Positions 1 to 10,062 of a stretch of DNA of 64,000 bases are shown here, one piece after another. The notes beneath the pieces were generated by a model. That model had not been told where the DNA came from, ran no database searches, and saw only the letters and a program-made list of their open reading frames with translations. The first letter of the stretch is position 1; each line of letters starts with the position of its first letter. The DNA lies in assembly GCA_963769025.1 (NCBI GenBank), contig CAVYKI010000012.1, positions 256,001 through 320,000 of the forward strand, written 5' to 3'. Position numbers and translations under genes: made by a program. This DNA is from an uncultured Verrucomicrobiae bacterium. Its GTDB lineage: Bacteria > Verrucomicrobiota > Verrucomicrobiia > Chthoniobacterales > Chthoniobacteraceae.

Positions 1-264
1 GAAGAGCGGCTTGCCGCTGATGACGTCCACATAGACGCCCAGTTCGTGGTTGTTCCAATACTTGTTCTCAAATGGCCGCTCCGTGCCGCCCATGATGCAG
101 ACGTAGTAGGCTTCCTTGTCGAGTTTCTTGGCCAATTCTTCCTTGCTGAGTTTGCTGAGGTCTTCGATTTTTTGGTCGTTCACAGGTTTGGCTTTTTCTT
201 CGGCGTTGCAGCCGCACACGGTGAAAGTGAGCGCGGCGAGAAGGGAGAGGGAGAATGTCTTCAT
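1..264 (-). CDS. msrB: Peptide-methionine (R)-S-oxide reductase MsrB, N-terminal part (runs off window), with lipoprotein-like signal
   Basis: Own translation (not in ORF track): MKTFSLSLLAALTFTVCGC...YYVCIMGGTERPFENKYWNNHELGVYVDVISGKPLF; GTERPF..Y...G.Y.....G.PLF is the MsrB N-terminal signature. Confidence 0.85.
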   Translation of the reverse strand, partial: MKTFSLSLLAALTFTVCGCNAEEKAKPVNDQKIEDLSKLSKEELAKKLDKEAYYVCIMGGTERPFENKYWNNHELGVYVDVISGKPLF

Positions 265-319
265 GGTCGGAAGAATCATCGCCCATTTTTTCCCCGCGTC
301 AATTCATGCGCCGAATGCT

Positions 320-628
320 TCAGTTCAAACGCCGGGCCCGGCTCAGCGGATCGCTTTCCTCCAGCCGGATGCGCGCACGCACACGCCGCAGTCCGTAATG
401 CGCACCCATCCCGGCGACGATGAAGAGCGGCAGCGCGAAGAACTGCCCGCGGAACACCAGTTGGGAAAGGAGGATCGCGCCGAGAAGGGAAAAAAGCCAC
501 AGGCCGAAGCTCGCACGCCCGACCCAAGCGCGTTCACGCGGACCATGCGAGCGGCGCATTTCCCACCACGTGGCCATCGCCCACGGGATTGCCCCGAGGA
601 TGAAAATGATGATGAGGATTCGTGCCAT
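320..628 (-). CDS. Hypothetical small membrane protein
   Basis: 3' part of ORF 320..841; from ATG 628 gives 102 aa with about three hydrophobic segments. Confidence 0.55.
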   Translation of the reverse strand: MARILIIIFILGAIPWAMATWWEMRRSHGPRERAWVGRASFGLWLFSLLGAILLSQLVFRGQFFALPLFIVAGMGAHYGLRRVRARIRLEESDPLSRARRLN

Positions 629-779
629 CGGAGGGAGCGTAGCCCCGAACCGCGCGCGCGCCAAGTGCGCACACGCACATCCACTCGCGACAACTTCCCG
701 TTTGATCTCCGCGCGCGTTCCCCGCATACAAACCGCCCGCAAAACGCCGCGACACGGCGCCGCGAACCACCTCAGAACC

Positions 780-2000
780 ATGTCCCATTCCGAAATCCCC
801 GGCGGAGTCACAGCCCCGCAAGGCTTCCAAGCCGGCAGCATTTACTGCGGCATCAAGGCGGCCAACAAGAGCGCCCCGGACATCGCGCTCATCGTCTCGA
901 ACTCCAAGACCGCCGCCGCAGGGACATTCACGACGAACAAGGTGAAGGCCGCGCCAGTCCGCGTCTCGCGCCTGCACGTGCGCACGCCGGACGTCCGGGC
1001 CATCGTGGCGAATGCCGGCAACGCGAACGCATGCACGGGCGTGCCGGGACTTCAAAACGCAAAGCGGATGTGCGCGACCACGGCCAAGGCGCTCGGCCTG
1101 CGCGACCAGCAGGTGCTCGTGTGCTCGACGGGCCGGATTGGCGTCCAGCTTCCCATCGAGAAAATGGAGGCCACGCTCGCCGACTCGGCGCAATGCCTGA
1201 GCCTCAACGGCAGCTCCGCGGCCGCGCGGGCCATCATGACCAGCGACACCTTTCCGAAGGAGTTCTCGGTGGAATTTTCCGCCCATGGAAAACACATCCG
1301 CATCGGCGGAATCGCGAAGGGCGCGGGGATGATCGACCCGAACATGGCGACGATGCTGTGCTTCATCACCACCGACGCGGCCATTGACCGGAGGATCCTC
1401 CAAAAGGCGCTCAGCGTGTCGGTCGAGCAGTCGTTCAACCGCATCACCATCGACGGCGACATGAGCACGAACGACACCGTCCTCGCGCTCGCGAACGGCG
1501 CGGCGGGGAACAAGCCGCTCAAGTACGGCACGAAGGAATTCAAGGCATTCCAGGCCGCGCTCGACGACGTGACGCGCGAGCTCGCGTGGATGATCGTGAA
1601 GGACGGCGAGGGCGTGACAAAATTTGTCGAGGTGCACGTGCACGGCGCCGCCTCACTCGCGGATGCGCGGCGCGCAGCGGAGGCCATCGCAAACAGCACG
1701 CTCGTGAAATGCGCCTGGTTTGGCGAAGACCCGAACTGGGGCCGCATCATGGACGCGCTCGGCTACTGCGGCGCAAAGCTGCGGGAGGAATTCGTGGACA
1801 TTTACTACGACGGCATCCTCGCCGTAAAAGGCGGCATGCTCGCAAAGACGCCGTTTGAAAAGCTGCGCGAAGTCGTGAAGCAGAAGCGCTTCTGCGTCTG
1901 CGTGGATCTGAACCTCGGACGCGGCGAGCACGTCGTCTATACCACGGACTTCACCGCGGAATACGTGAAGCTGAACATGGGCGACGGCACGGGCGGCTAG
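780..2000 (+). CDS. argJ: Bifunctional ornithine acetyltransferase/N-acetylglutamate synthase
   Basis: GVTAPQGF, NAGNANACTG, KGAGMIDPNMATML (autocleavage Thr), DGDMSTNDT, DGEG, DPNWGRI; start ATG 780. Confidence 0.97.
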   Translation: MSHSEIPGGVTAPQGFQAGSIYCGIKAANKSAPDIALIVSNSKTAAAGTFTTNKVKAAPVRVSRLHVRTPDVRAIVANAGNANACTGVPGLQNAKRMCATTAKALGLRDQQVLVCSTGRIGVQLPIEKMEATLADSAQCLSLNGSSAAARAIMTSDTFPKEFSVEFSAHGKHIRIGGIAKGAGMIDPNMATMLCFITTDAAIDRRILQKALSVSVEQSFNRITIDGDMSTNDTVLALANGAAGNKPLKYGTKEFKAFQAALDDVTRELAWMIVKDGEGVTKFVEVHVHGAASLADARRAAEAIANSTLVKCAWFGEDPNWGRIMDALGYCGAKLREEFVDIYYDGILAVKGGMLAKTPFEKLREVVKQKRFCVCVDLNLGRGEHVVYTTDFTAEYVKLNMGDGTGG

Positions 2001-2027
2001 CCGGGGCGCAAATTTTTCCTGCACGGC

Positions 2028-2900
2028 ATGTCCATCTCCGTCCATTCCCGCTCCGAGGCGCTCATCGAGGCGCTGCCGTACATCCAGAAATTCCGCGGCA
2101 AGCTTTTCGTCATCAAGTACGGCGGAAGCGCGATGGAGGACGACGCGGTCATCGACCGGTTGCTCCGCGACATCGTCCTGCTCGAGGCGGTCGGCATCAA
2201 TCCCGTCGTGATCCACGGCGGCGGAAAGGCGATTTCACAGCGCATGCGCGACGCGGGACAGAAGCCGCGGTTCGTCAACGGCCTGCGCGTCACGGATGCC
2301 GAGTCGATCGCCATCGTCGAGAGCGTGCTGGATGGCATCATCAACCCCGACATCGCCGCGCGCATCGTGAAGTTCGGCGGACGCGCCGAAGGCATCCACG
2401 GAAAGACAGTCCTCGTCGGAAAAAAATTGCCGCTGCAAAGCGAAGGCTCGGAGAAGGTGGACCTCGGTTTTGTCGGCGAGGTCACGGACGTGCGCACAGC
2501 GCCGATCGAAGATGTCGTGCATCGTGAAGTCGTCCCGGTGATCAGCCCGCTCGCGCGCGACGACGCGGGCGTGGTTTACAACATCAACGCCGACATCGCC
2601 GCGGCTGGCGTCGCAGGCCGGCTGAAGGCGGCAAAAATGATCTACGTGAGCGACGTGCCAGGCCTCATGCGCGATCCGAACGTGCGCGAGTCACTCATTC
2701 CGAGCGTCACGCTCGCACAGATCGAAAAGCTCATCGCCGACGGCGTGATCACCGGCGGCATGATCCCGAAGGTCGAAAGCGCCGCGCGCGCACTCCGGCA
2801 GGGCGTGGAGAAGGTCCATTTCATCGACGGACGCACGCCTCATGCACTGCTGGTCGAGGTGTTCAGCAACAAGGGTGTCGGCACCGAGATCACGGCGTGA
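2028..2900 (+). CDS. argB: Acetylglutamate kinase
   Basis: EALPYI, VIKYGGSAM, VIHGGG, GLRVTD, NINAD, GGMIPKV; follows argJ. Confidence 0.97.
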   Translation: MSISVHSRSEALIEALPYIQKFRGKLFVIKYGGSAMEDDAVIDRLLRDIVLLEAVGINPVVIHGGGKAISQRMRDAGQKPRFVNGLRVTDAESIAIVESVLDGIINPDIAARIVKFGGRAEGIHGKTVLVGKKLPLQSEGSEKVDLGFVGEVTDVRTAPIEDVVHREVVPVISPLARDDAGVVYNINADIAAAGVAGRLKAAKMIYVSDVPGLMRDPNVRESLIPSVTLAQIEKLIADGVITGGMIPKVESAARALRQGVEKVHFIDGRTPHALLVEVFSNKGVGTEITA

Positions 2901-2934
2901 GGTGTCGGCCCGCGCCGCGCTGTTGCGTGCGCGG

Positions 2935-4068
2935 CTACGCGTGGAACTCGGCGATCTTCGCGATGACGTAGTCGATCTGCTCGCCCGCGAGCTCGGGGTA
3001 AATCGGCAGCGCGAGTGTTTGGCGTGCCGCGCGCTCGCTCTCCGGGAAATCGCCCTCGCGATAGCCGAGATCGCGGAAGCATTCCTGCATGTGGAGCGGC
3101 AGCGGGTAGTAAATCTCGGAGCCGATTCCCGAATCGGTGAGGTGCTTCTTCAGCGCGTCGCGCTTCGTCGAGCGGATGATGAACTGGTTGTAGATGTGGT
3201 GATTTTCCGTCCGGGTTCCGCTCCACGGTTCGACGGGCAGTCCGAGCACCTCGTCGAGGCCGCGCGCGATGAACCCTTCGCGGTACCGCGCCGCATTTTT
3301 CCGGCGGCCCTCGCCCCACGTGTCGAGGTGCGGAAGCTTCACGGAGAGCACTGCGCTTTGGATCGCATCGATGCGGAAGTTGCCGCCGATCCACTTGTGA
3401 AAATAGCGCGGCTCCATCCCGTGATTCCTCAGCGCGCGGATTTTCGCCGCGAGCGCACCGTCAGCACACGTGACCATGCCCGCGTCGCCGAATGCGCCGA
3501 GATTCTTCGTCGGATAGAACGAAAACCATCCCGCGTCACCGATGGCTCCCGCGCCGCCGAGCGGATGCCGCGCACCAAGCGCCTGCGCGGCGTCCTCGAG
3601 CACCGGAACGCCGTACTTTTTTCCGAGCGCGAGAATCGCCGCCATGTCTGCGCAGCAGCCGAACAGATGCACGGGGATGATGGCCTTTGCCCCGGGATTC
3701 TTCCGCAAGGCTTCTTCGAGCGCGGCTGGCGAGATGTTGAAAGTCGCGGGGTCGATATCCGCGAACACAGGCCTCGCGCCGAGGCGGCTGACGCAGCCTG
3801 CCGTCGCAAAAAACGTGTACGGCGTGGTGATGACGACATCGCCCGGCCCGATGCCGAGCGCCATGAGCAGCACGAGCTGCGCGTCCGTCCCGGACGATAC
3901 CCCGATGCAGTGCTTTGCGCCGCAATACGCGGCGACCGCCTGTTCGAAGGCCTCCGTCTTCGGCCCGAGCACGAGCGCCTGGCTGTCGCACACGGCTTCG
4001 ATTTCGGCCATGATGCTGGCCTTGAGCGGAGCGTACTGGGCGCGGAGATCGAGGAGCGGAACCTGCAT
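2935..4068 (-). CDS. DegT/DnrJ/EryC1/StrS family PLP-dependent sugar aminotransferase
   Basis: VSSGTDA, TPYTFFAT, PVHLFG, EDAAQALG, SFYPTKNLGAFGDAG. Confidence 0.93.
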   Translation of the reverse strand: MQVPLLDLRAQYAPLKASIMAEIEAVCDSQALVLGPKTEAFEQAVAAYCGAKHCIGVSSGTDAQLVLLMALGIGPGDVVITTPYTFFATAGCVSRLGARPVFADIDPATFNISPAALEEALRKNPGAKAIIPVHLFGCCADMAAILALGKKYGVPVLEDAAQALGARHPLGGAGAIGDAGWFSFYPTKNLGAFGDAGMVTCADGALAAKIRALRNHGMEPRYFHKWIGGNFRIDAIQSAVLSVKLPHLDTWGEGRRKNAARYREGFIARGLDEVLGLPVEPWSGTRTENHHIYNQFIIRSTKRDALKKHLTDSGIGSEIYYPLPLHMQECFRDLGYREGDFPESERAARQTLALPIYPELAGEQIDYVIAKIAEFHA

Positions 4069-4123
4069 GGGAGCAGAATGGGAAACGGAGCGCGTGCGTC
4101 GAGCGCGGTTTTCGCGGAACGCG

Positions 4124-4441
4124 CTACGAAAGCGCGATGCTGCGTCCCGGCTCCATCTCGAAGTCCGCGATGAATTGCTCGGTCACATTCGGCGAGATCA
4201 CGTCGGCGAGGAACTTGATGTAGATGGAATCCTGCTGGACCAGTTTGAGCCGCTCGAGGTTGTCCACATCGATGGCGTAGAAGAAGTGCCAGGCCGACTG
4301 CGCATCCACATTTTTCCCGGAACGGACGCCAGCGACCTCGGGGATTTTCACCAGACTCATGCGGGCGGTGATCATCATCTGGTCGAGCTTCGCCTCATCC
4401 ACATGGGGAAGTACCTGAAATAACGCGACGTGGTGGATCAT
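4124..4441 (-). CDS. Dabb (stress-responsive A/B barrel) family protein
   Basis: MIHHVALF...IPEV...G.N... ending ADFE; about 105 aa. Confidence 0.7.
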   Translation of the reverse strand: MIHHVALFQVLPHVDEAKLDQMMITARMSLVKIPEVAGVRSGKNVDAQSAWHFFYAIDVDNLERLKLVQQDSIYIKFLADVISPNVTEQFIADFEMEPGRSIALS

Positions 4442-4482
4442 AAAAGAAACGACCCGGCGTTACCTCTGGAAGCGCCGGGTCG
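4442..4482 (-). terminator. Putative intrinsic terminator after nuoA
   Basis: 10-bp stem CGACCCGGCG/CGCCGGGTCG followed on the minus strand by TTTCTTTT. Confidence 0.5.
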
Positions 4483-4507
4483 CAAGCTTGGTGTGATGAT
4501 TTCGGCG

Positions 4508-4882
4508 TTACCCCTTTTTCCAATCCAGCACGCCTTTGCGGATGGCGTAGACGTAGCCGACCGTCACGAGCGAGAGGAAGCCGGCCATGCTCCAGAAAAT
4601 GGTGGTCCCATGCGATTTCAGCATCGGCGCGAAATTCACCGCCCAAGGGTAGAGGAATACCACCTCGATGTCGAAGAGGATGAAGAGCATCGCGATGAGG
4701 TAGAACTTCACCGAGAACCGCGGCTGCGCCTCGCCCTGCGGCAGCATGCCGCACTCGTAGGCCGAGTCCTTTATCGCCGTGCGTTTCGCGGACTTGCCGA
4801 GAAGAACGCTGATCAAAAGCGCGCTGATGCCGAATCCAAGAACAATCCCGACTTGGAGCAGGATGGGTAGAAAGTCCTTCAC
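4508..4882 (-). CDS. nuoA: NADH-quinone oxidoreductase subunit A
   Basis: KDSAYECG, RFSVKFYLIAMLFILFDIEVVFLYPWA, KGVLDW. Confidence 0.95.
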   Translation of the reverse strand: MKDFLPILLQVGIVLGFGISALLISVLLGKSAKRTAIKDSAYECGMLPQGEAQPRFSVKFYLIAMLFILFDIEVVFLYPWAVNFAPMLKSHGTTIFWSMAGFLSLVTVGYVYAIRKGVLDWKKG

Positions 4883-4888
4883 CGTGGC

Positions 4889-5203
4889 TTAGATGGCGGG
4901 CGTGACGTTCGTCTCAAGCTTTGCGAGTTCCTTCGGGAGCCCCTTGTAGCTTTTCTTTCCATCCTTGCCGACAGTGATTTTCACCATTCCGCGGCCGACA
5001 AGGCTCTGGAGCTTCTCATACGCGCGAAGGCGGAGCATCTCTTCACCACCGCTGGCGGCATTCCGGGCCTTTAGATTTTCGTGAACCACATCGAAAAGAT
5101 CCTTGAACTCATATGCGGTTTTCCGGGAGAGCACGGCCGCGAGTTCCTCTGTCACCAAGTCGGGGAGACGACGGCTGAATGCTGGCTTTTTAGTGATGGA
5201 CAT
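4889..5203 (-). CDS. Hypothetical protein (possible winged-helix-like)
   Basis: Basic 104-aa ORF with host-like codon usage, 6 bp upstream of nuoA. Confidence 0.7.
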   Translation of the reverse strand: MSITKKPAFSRRLPDLVTEELAAVLSRKTAYEFKDLFDVVHENLKARNAASGGEEMLRLRAYEKLQSLVGRGMVKITVGKDGKKSYKGLPKELAKLETNVTPAI

Positions 5204-5320
5204 AGGGTCGACACCCTAGCACATCTCCGCCTGCGAACGAGCGAAATTTTCGGCCGGCGCTGTGCTTGTATGCAAACCACTTGTCGGTAGTGCGTTACAT
5301 GGATAAATGCAGGCGCCGAT

Positions 5321-7087
5321 CTATTTATCAGCCGGGGCTCCTGCCCGTGCGGCAGGCGGCACCGGGGCGACCGACCTTCTCGCATACAGGGGCATTACGA
5401 GCGCACCCCCGATGGCAGGCATGTATGCTTGGATAAAGCTCAGCGATCCCGTGCAATCCATCTGCATCCCACCCTCGGTCTCCCCCCAGGCGATCATCAG
5501 CGGCAGCAAATGCCGGCTGACGGTCTCTGCCTTCGGCAGTTTCGATGCATCGAAATATTTCGCGGCCTCCGGATCGCCGAGCAATGCGTAGGCCGCCATC
5601 GGCTTCAGCTTTTCATAGAGCCGCTCGAAGAGTGTCTTCAGGTCGACGTACAGCACGGCCATCGCCGGCGACACGACCGTCTTCTGCGCAGTCTGGTAAT
5701 CCGGCCGCGACCCGACTTTTCCGCCATCGGCCTTCGCTTTCAAGAGCGACGCTTTCACGGTCGCGCCGTTCAGTCCGAACATGAAATGCTTGTCCGTCAT
5801 CGCAAATGTCGGCTGAAAAAAGCCGAGTTCCGCCGGAAAACTCCAGATCGTCGCCCCGTCCTCCTCTGTTTGCGCCGGTTTTTTCGAGTCGCTGAGTTCG
5901 CCGATCATCAAGTCCGCCAGTGCGCGCGCCTTCACCTTGTCGCGAATTTCGAGCGAGGCGAAAAACGTCGGCAAACTCAGGCCACCGCCCTCCCAATCTG
6001 AAAGCATGCTGAACTCCTGGCCAAATGCCGCGTAGATGTCCGCGATCTTCAGCCCCTTCTTCGCAAGCACCTTGGCGAGTTCCGCACCGAACGGTGATTT
6101 CTCGATGAGCTCTGCAGACTTCCCCATATCCCCGCCCGCCACCGCGATCTGGCTCGCAAAATACGCATACGTCGACGGCGAGGTGAATGCGGCCGAGCGG
6201 TTCGCCAACGGATCGAATTGGTAGCCCTTCGCGGCCCGGACGTAGATGCGATCCCGCATCAGGAGCCCGTCCATTTTTCCCGAGTAGAGGATCGATTCCA
6301 CCTCGTTCGGATTGCTCGGGACAATCTCCCCCGGATTCGTGAGCGCCACGAGCCCCTCGATTTTCTTCGCAATGGCAGCCCAGCGCACAAACACCGTCAT
6401 GTCCGGTGCCGCGGCGGAATGCGCGATGGTGCTTTTCCACAGCGCGTCGGAGGAGAGCGACGCCGGTGCACCCGGTTTGTTGATGTAGCGGCTCAGCGTC
6501 TTCTGCAGAAGATCGGTGTCGGTCGAAAACAGGAACCAGTTATCCCGGTAAGCCATCGAGAACGTGATGTCCTTGTCCTTCAGAGTCTCGATTTCCGTTC
6601 CCTCGTAGGTCGTCAGGTCGCCCGCCTTCGCCGCTGGAAATGCATCCATCACCTTCGTGCGAAAGCTCGAGACCACGGCCTGCACGTCGCTCTTCTTACC
6701 GCGGTAGGGAAAACCCCCGACCACCTTCGGCACCGGCCCATCGAACGACGTCGCCGCGAGGAACAACCCAGCCGGGTCCGCGCGCTCGATCTGATCGAAC
6801 ATCCCGCTGACCTGCTTCCACTCCGTGTTCTGCGCGGCGAATTCGCGCCACCTTGACGTGAATGCCTTCCATTCCGGCTCCTCGCTGATCTTGTGAATCG
6901 ACGTCTCCTTCCACCGCGCCTTCGACCGCGCGACGTCCGGGAACTCGATGAACACGATCGTATCCGCAGGCGCCAACTCCGCCGCGCGGCCGGATGTCGC
7001 ATCCGCCGACCCCTGCTTCTTCAGGAAAAATATCGCCGCCGCTGCGACCAGGGCGGCCACGACGACGATGGGGAGTGCCTTCTTCAT
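5321..7087 (-). CDS. Membrane-anchored exported protein (DUF3352-like)
   Basis: N-terminal TM anchor followed by AAELAPADT...; 588 aa; family call tentative. Confidence 0.65.
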   Translation of the reverse strand: MKKALPIVVVAALVAAAAIFFLKKQGSADATSGRAAELAPADTIVFIEFPDVARSKARWKETSIHKISEEPEWKAFTSRWREFAAQNTEWKQVSGMFDQIERADPAGLFLAATSFDGPVPKVVGGFPYRGKKSDVQAVVSSFRTKVMDAFPAAKAGDLTTYEGTEIETLKDKDITFSMAYRDNWFLFSTDTDLLQKTLSRYINKPGAPASLSSDALWKSTIAHSAAAPDMTVFVRWAAIAKKIEGLVALTNPGEIVPSNPNEVESILYSGKMDGLLMRDRIYVRAAKGYQFDPLANRSAAFTSPSTYAYFASQIAVAGGDMGKSAELIEKSPFGAELAKVLAKKGLKIADIYAAFGQEFSMLSDWEGGGLSLPTFFASLEIRDKVKARALADLMIGELSDSKKPAQTEEDGATIWSFPAELGFFQPTFAMTDKHFMFGLNGATVKASLLKAKADGGKVGSRPDYQTAQKTVVSPAMAVLYVDLKTLFERLYEKLKPMAAYALLGDPEAAKYFDASKLPKAETVSRHLLPLMIAWGETEGGMQMDCTGSLSFIQAYMPAIGGALVMPLYARRSVAPVPPAARAGAPADK

Positions 7088-7128
7088 GCAGCCTTCAACA
7101 CCCGCGCGGGACCGTCTTAAAGAAAAAT

Positions 7129-7701
7129 CTACGGTTCCTCGATCCGGCCCTTCGCCCTCAATCCCCGCTCACCCAATTCGAACACCTCCAGGCTCACTTT
7201 CGCCGCCGGGCTTCTCCATGCGTCGAGGATCATCGGCGCGTATTCGGAAAAATCCACCGCAACGCCCGGAAACACAAAAACCGTCTGCCGGTTGGGAATC
7301 ACCACCATCACCGTCGGCCCGAAAACGTCCTCGAACTGCTTCAGGAATTCCGGCGCAAACACCGTCCCGGAAACCGGGAACTTGTCCGAGCGCAACACCG
7401 CGTACTCCACCACTTTTTTCCGGTCCCGCACGAACTCCACCTTCACATGCCGCAGCCAGTCCGACGCGAACCTCGCCGTCACCCGCCGCACGGTCTCCTC
7501 GTTCAGGCCGCCGGCATGCCAGGCCGCGACAGTCGCAAACTCGACGCCCGACTCGCCCATCCTCGCCGGTGCCAGCACCGTGCTCTTCGCGCCGCTCACG
7601 GGAAACGAAACCTCGTGCGCCATGAAGCGCGGTTCCAGCAGGAAAAACCAATCGCTCGCCGCCCCCTCGCACGCGAGCAGCAGCACCGAAAACAGGGCCA
7701 T
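7129..7701 (-). CDS. Hypothetical exported protein
   Basis: 3' part of ORF 7129..8466 from MALFSVLLLAC; the rest of that ORF overlaps ruvA. Confidence 0.6.
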   Translation of the reverse strand: MALFSVLLLACEGAASDWFFLLEPRFMAHEVSFPVSGAKSTVLAPARMGESGVEFATVAAWHAGGLNEETVRRVTARFASDWLRHVKVEFVRDRKKVVEYAVLRSDKFPVSGTVFAPEFLKQFEDVFGPTVMVVIPNRQTVFVFPGVAVDFSEYAPMILDAWRSPAAKVSLEVFELGERGLRAKGRIEEP

Positions 7702-7752
7702 CACCACGCGAATCGCTTCCCGATTTCGCGACGGCCTGCTACCGCTCCGCGC

Positions 7753-8355
7753 ATGATCACGCACCTCTCCGGCACGCTCGTTGACGCGCTCCCCACGCAT
7801 ATCGTCATGGATGTCGGCGGGATTGGTTATCACGTGCTCATTCCTCTTTCGAGCTACGACAGGCTCCCCGCCACCGGCACGCAACTCAAAATCCTCACCC
7901 ACCTCGCCATCCGCGAAGACGCGCACGTCCTCTACGGCTTCATGTCCGCCGCCGAACGCGACCTTTTCCGGCTCCTCATCCAGCACGTCAGCGGCATCGG
8001 GCCAAAGACCGCGCTCGACGTGCTCAGCGGCACCACGGTTTCCAATTTCAAGGCGTGCGTGGTCGCCGGCGACATCGCCGCGCTCTCGAAGACCAAAGGC
8101 ATCGGGAAGAAAACCGCCGAGCGGATCATCGTCGAATTGAAGGACAAGGTCGGCATCGCCGCCGCGTGGGAAGCCGCGAGCGCCGGACACGCGCCATCCC
8201 CCGAGGAAAGCAAATGGAACGACGCCGTCCTCGCGCTCATCGCCCTCGGCTACAAACAGGTGGACGCCCACAAAGCAGTGAAACAAGCCGCCTCGAAATC
8301 CACGTCCGCCACCGTCGAGGAACTGATCACGGCCGGCCTCAAGCTCCTCCTGTAG
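7753..8355 (+). CDS. ruvA: Holliday junction branch migration protein RuvA
   Basis: MITHLSG, VGGIGY, REDAHVLYGF, VSGIGPKTAL, GIGKKTAERIIVELKDK, ALIALGY. Confidence 0.96.
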   Translation: MITHLSGTLVDALPTHIVMDVGGIGYHVLIPLSSYDRLPATGTQLKILTHLAIREDAHVLYGFMSAAERDLFRLLIQHVSGIGPKTALDVLSGTTVSNFKACVVAGDIAALSKTKGIGKKTAERIIVELKDKVGIAAAWEAASAGHAPSPEESKWNDAVLALIALGYKQVDAHKAVKQAASKSTSATVEELITAGLKLLL

Positions 8356-8434
8356 CCGCCGACGGAAGGAGGCGGGCACTCTGAAACGGATGCCGGATGC
8401 CGCATATCCAACCGCAGGCGGGCGGGGCGGAAAA

Positions 8435-8550
8435 TGTGGGACCGACGATTCGTCGGTCCGGCGCATGCGATGAAGAGCCGCGTCTAAAAAAACACGCCAG
8501 TGCCCTTGCGGTGCTCACACCGCAAGGCCCGACGAATCGTCGGCTCCACA
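8435..8550. repeat. REP-like inverted palindrome pair (GTGG-type)
   Basis: TGTGGGACCGACGATTCGTCGGTCC (8435-8459) and near reverse complement GGCCCGACGAATCGTCGGCTCCACA (8526-8550); each arm is itself palindromic. Confidence 0.7.
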
Positions 8551-9930
8551 TTCGCCCACGACCTCCACTAGCCCCCGCCAAAGCGCCTCCACCGCCAGCG
8601 CGATCTGCTCCTCGCTCACGCAGTACGGCGGCATCAACACCAGCACATCGCCGACACAACGCGTGATCAGCCCGTGCGCCCGCGCCGCCTCGCTCACGCG
8701 GTAACCCACGCGCCGCTCGACCGGAAACCGCCGCCGCGTCGCAAAATCCTCCACGATCTCGATCGCGCAAATCATCCCTTCGCACCGCACATCGCCCACA
8801 TTCGGATGCTCCCAAAACCGCTGCGCCATCCGCTCCATCACCGCCGCGCGCGCACACACATGCTCCATCGAGTGCTCGCCCTCCAGCAGCCGCAGGCTCG
8901 CCAGCGCCGCCGCGCATCCGAGGTGATTCCCGCTGTAGCTGTGCCCGTGGAAAAACGTGCGGAACTCCGAATACTCGCCGTCGAACGCCGCGAAAATCTC
9001 CCCGCTCGCGACCGTCGCCGCCAGCGGCAGATACCCGCCCGTGATCCCCTTCCCCAGCGCCAGCACATCCGGCGTCACGCCCTCATGGTGGCACGCAAAC
9101 ATCGCGCCCGTCCGGCCAAATCCCGTCATCACTTCATCGAGCATCAGCCACACGCCGCGCTCCCGACACAGCGCCGCGACGCGCGCGAGATAGCCGTGCG
9201 GATGCATCGTCATCCCCGCCGCGCCCTGCACGCGCGGCTCCATCACGAACGCACTCGCACTCTCGCCCGCCGCGTCCAGCGCGTTCGCCGCCTCGCCCGC
9301 GCATTCCCATTCGCACTTGCGTGAAAGCCGCGCATCCGTCCCGCGCTCCGGCGCCGCGCGATTGAACGGACACCGGTAGCACGCCGGCGACATCACCTCG
9401 CGGCTCTCGAACATCAGGGCGCGATACGTCCCGTGAAAAAGCGCGCTGTGCCCGAGACTCATCGCGCCCACGGTGTCGCCGTGATACCCCGCACCGAGCG
9501 AGAGAAACACGCGCCGCTGCTCCTCGCCGCGCTGCCGCCGCGCTTGGTGGATCATCTTCAGCCCCGCCTCCACCGCCGTGGATCCGTCGTCGGAAAAAAA
9601 CACGCGCCACCCCTCCGGCTCATCGCTGCCCGTGAACGCCCGCAACAGCTCGAACGCAAAACGCGGCGCGACCTCATTCGTCAGCCCGAGAAACGAAGTG
9701 TGCGCCACGCGCCCGAGCTGTTCGCGGATCGCCGCATCCATTTCCGCGCGCCGATGCCCGTGCAGGTTCGTCCAGATCGAGGAATTCCCGTCGAGATACT
9801 CCCGCCCCTGCGCATCGCGCAGCACCGCGCCCTCCGCCTCCACGATCACAAGCGACTCCCCGGCATTCCACTCGCGCATCTGCGTGAACGGATGCCACAC
9901 ATGCCTGCGGTCGAGTTCAGCGGGGTCCAT
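8515..9930 (-). CDS. bioA: Adenosylmethionine-8-amino-7-oxononanoate aminotransferase
   Basis: DRRHVWHPFTQM, YHGDTVGAMS, DEVMTGFGRTG, KGITGGYLPLA, FFHGHSYSGN, MPPY. Confidence 0.93.
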   Translation of the reverse strand: MDPAELDRRHVWHPFTQMREWNAGESLVIVEAEGAVLRDAQGREYLDGNSSIWTNLHGHRRAEMDAAIREQLGRVAHTSFLGLTNEVAPRFAFELLRAFTGSDEPEGWRVFFSDDGSTAVEAGLKMIHQARRQRGEEQRRVFLSLGAGYHGDTVGAMSLGHSALFHGTYRALMFESREVMSPACYRCPFNRAAPERGTDARLSRKCEWECAGEAANALDAAGESASAFVMEPRVQGAAGMTMHPHGYLARVAALCRERGVWLMLDEVMTGFGRTGAMFACHHEGVTPDVLALGKGITGGYLPLAATVASGEIFAAFDGEYSEFRTFFHGHSYSGNHLGCAAALASLRLLEGEHSMEHVCARAAVMERMAQRFWEHPNVGDVRCEGMICAIEIVEDFATRRRFPVERRVGYRVSEAARAHGLITRCVGDVLVLMPPYCVSEEQIALAVEALWRGLVEVVGECGADDSSGLAV

Positions 9931-10062
9931 CGTCGCCGCGATGAACACCCGCCGCGCGCCGCGACGCAAGCCTTGCAGGAAAGCAAAACCGTGTCGGGAA
10001 AATATTCGCGCCCTCGACGCGCGTGCTTGTGCCGATGCCACGCTTGCGATACGCGGGAACCG

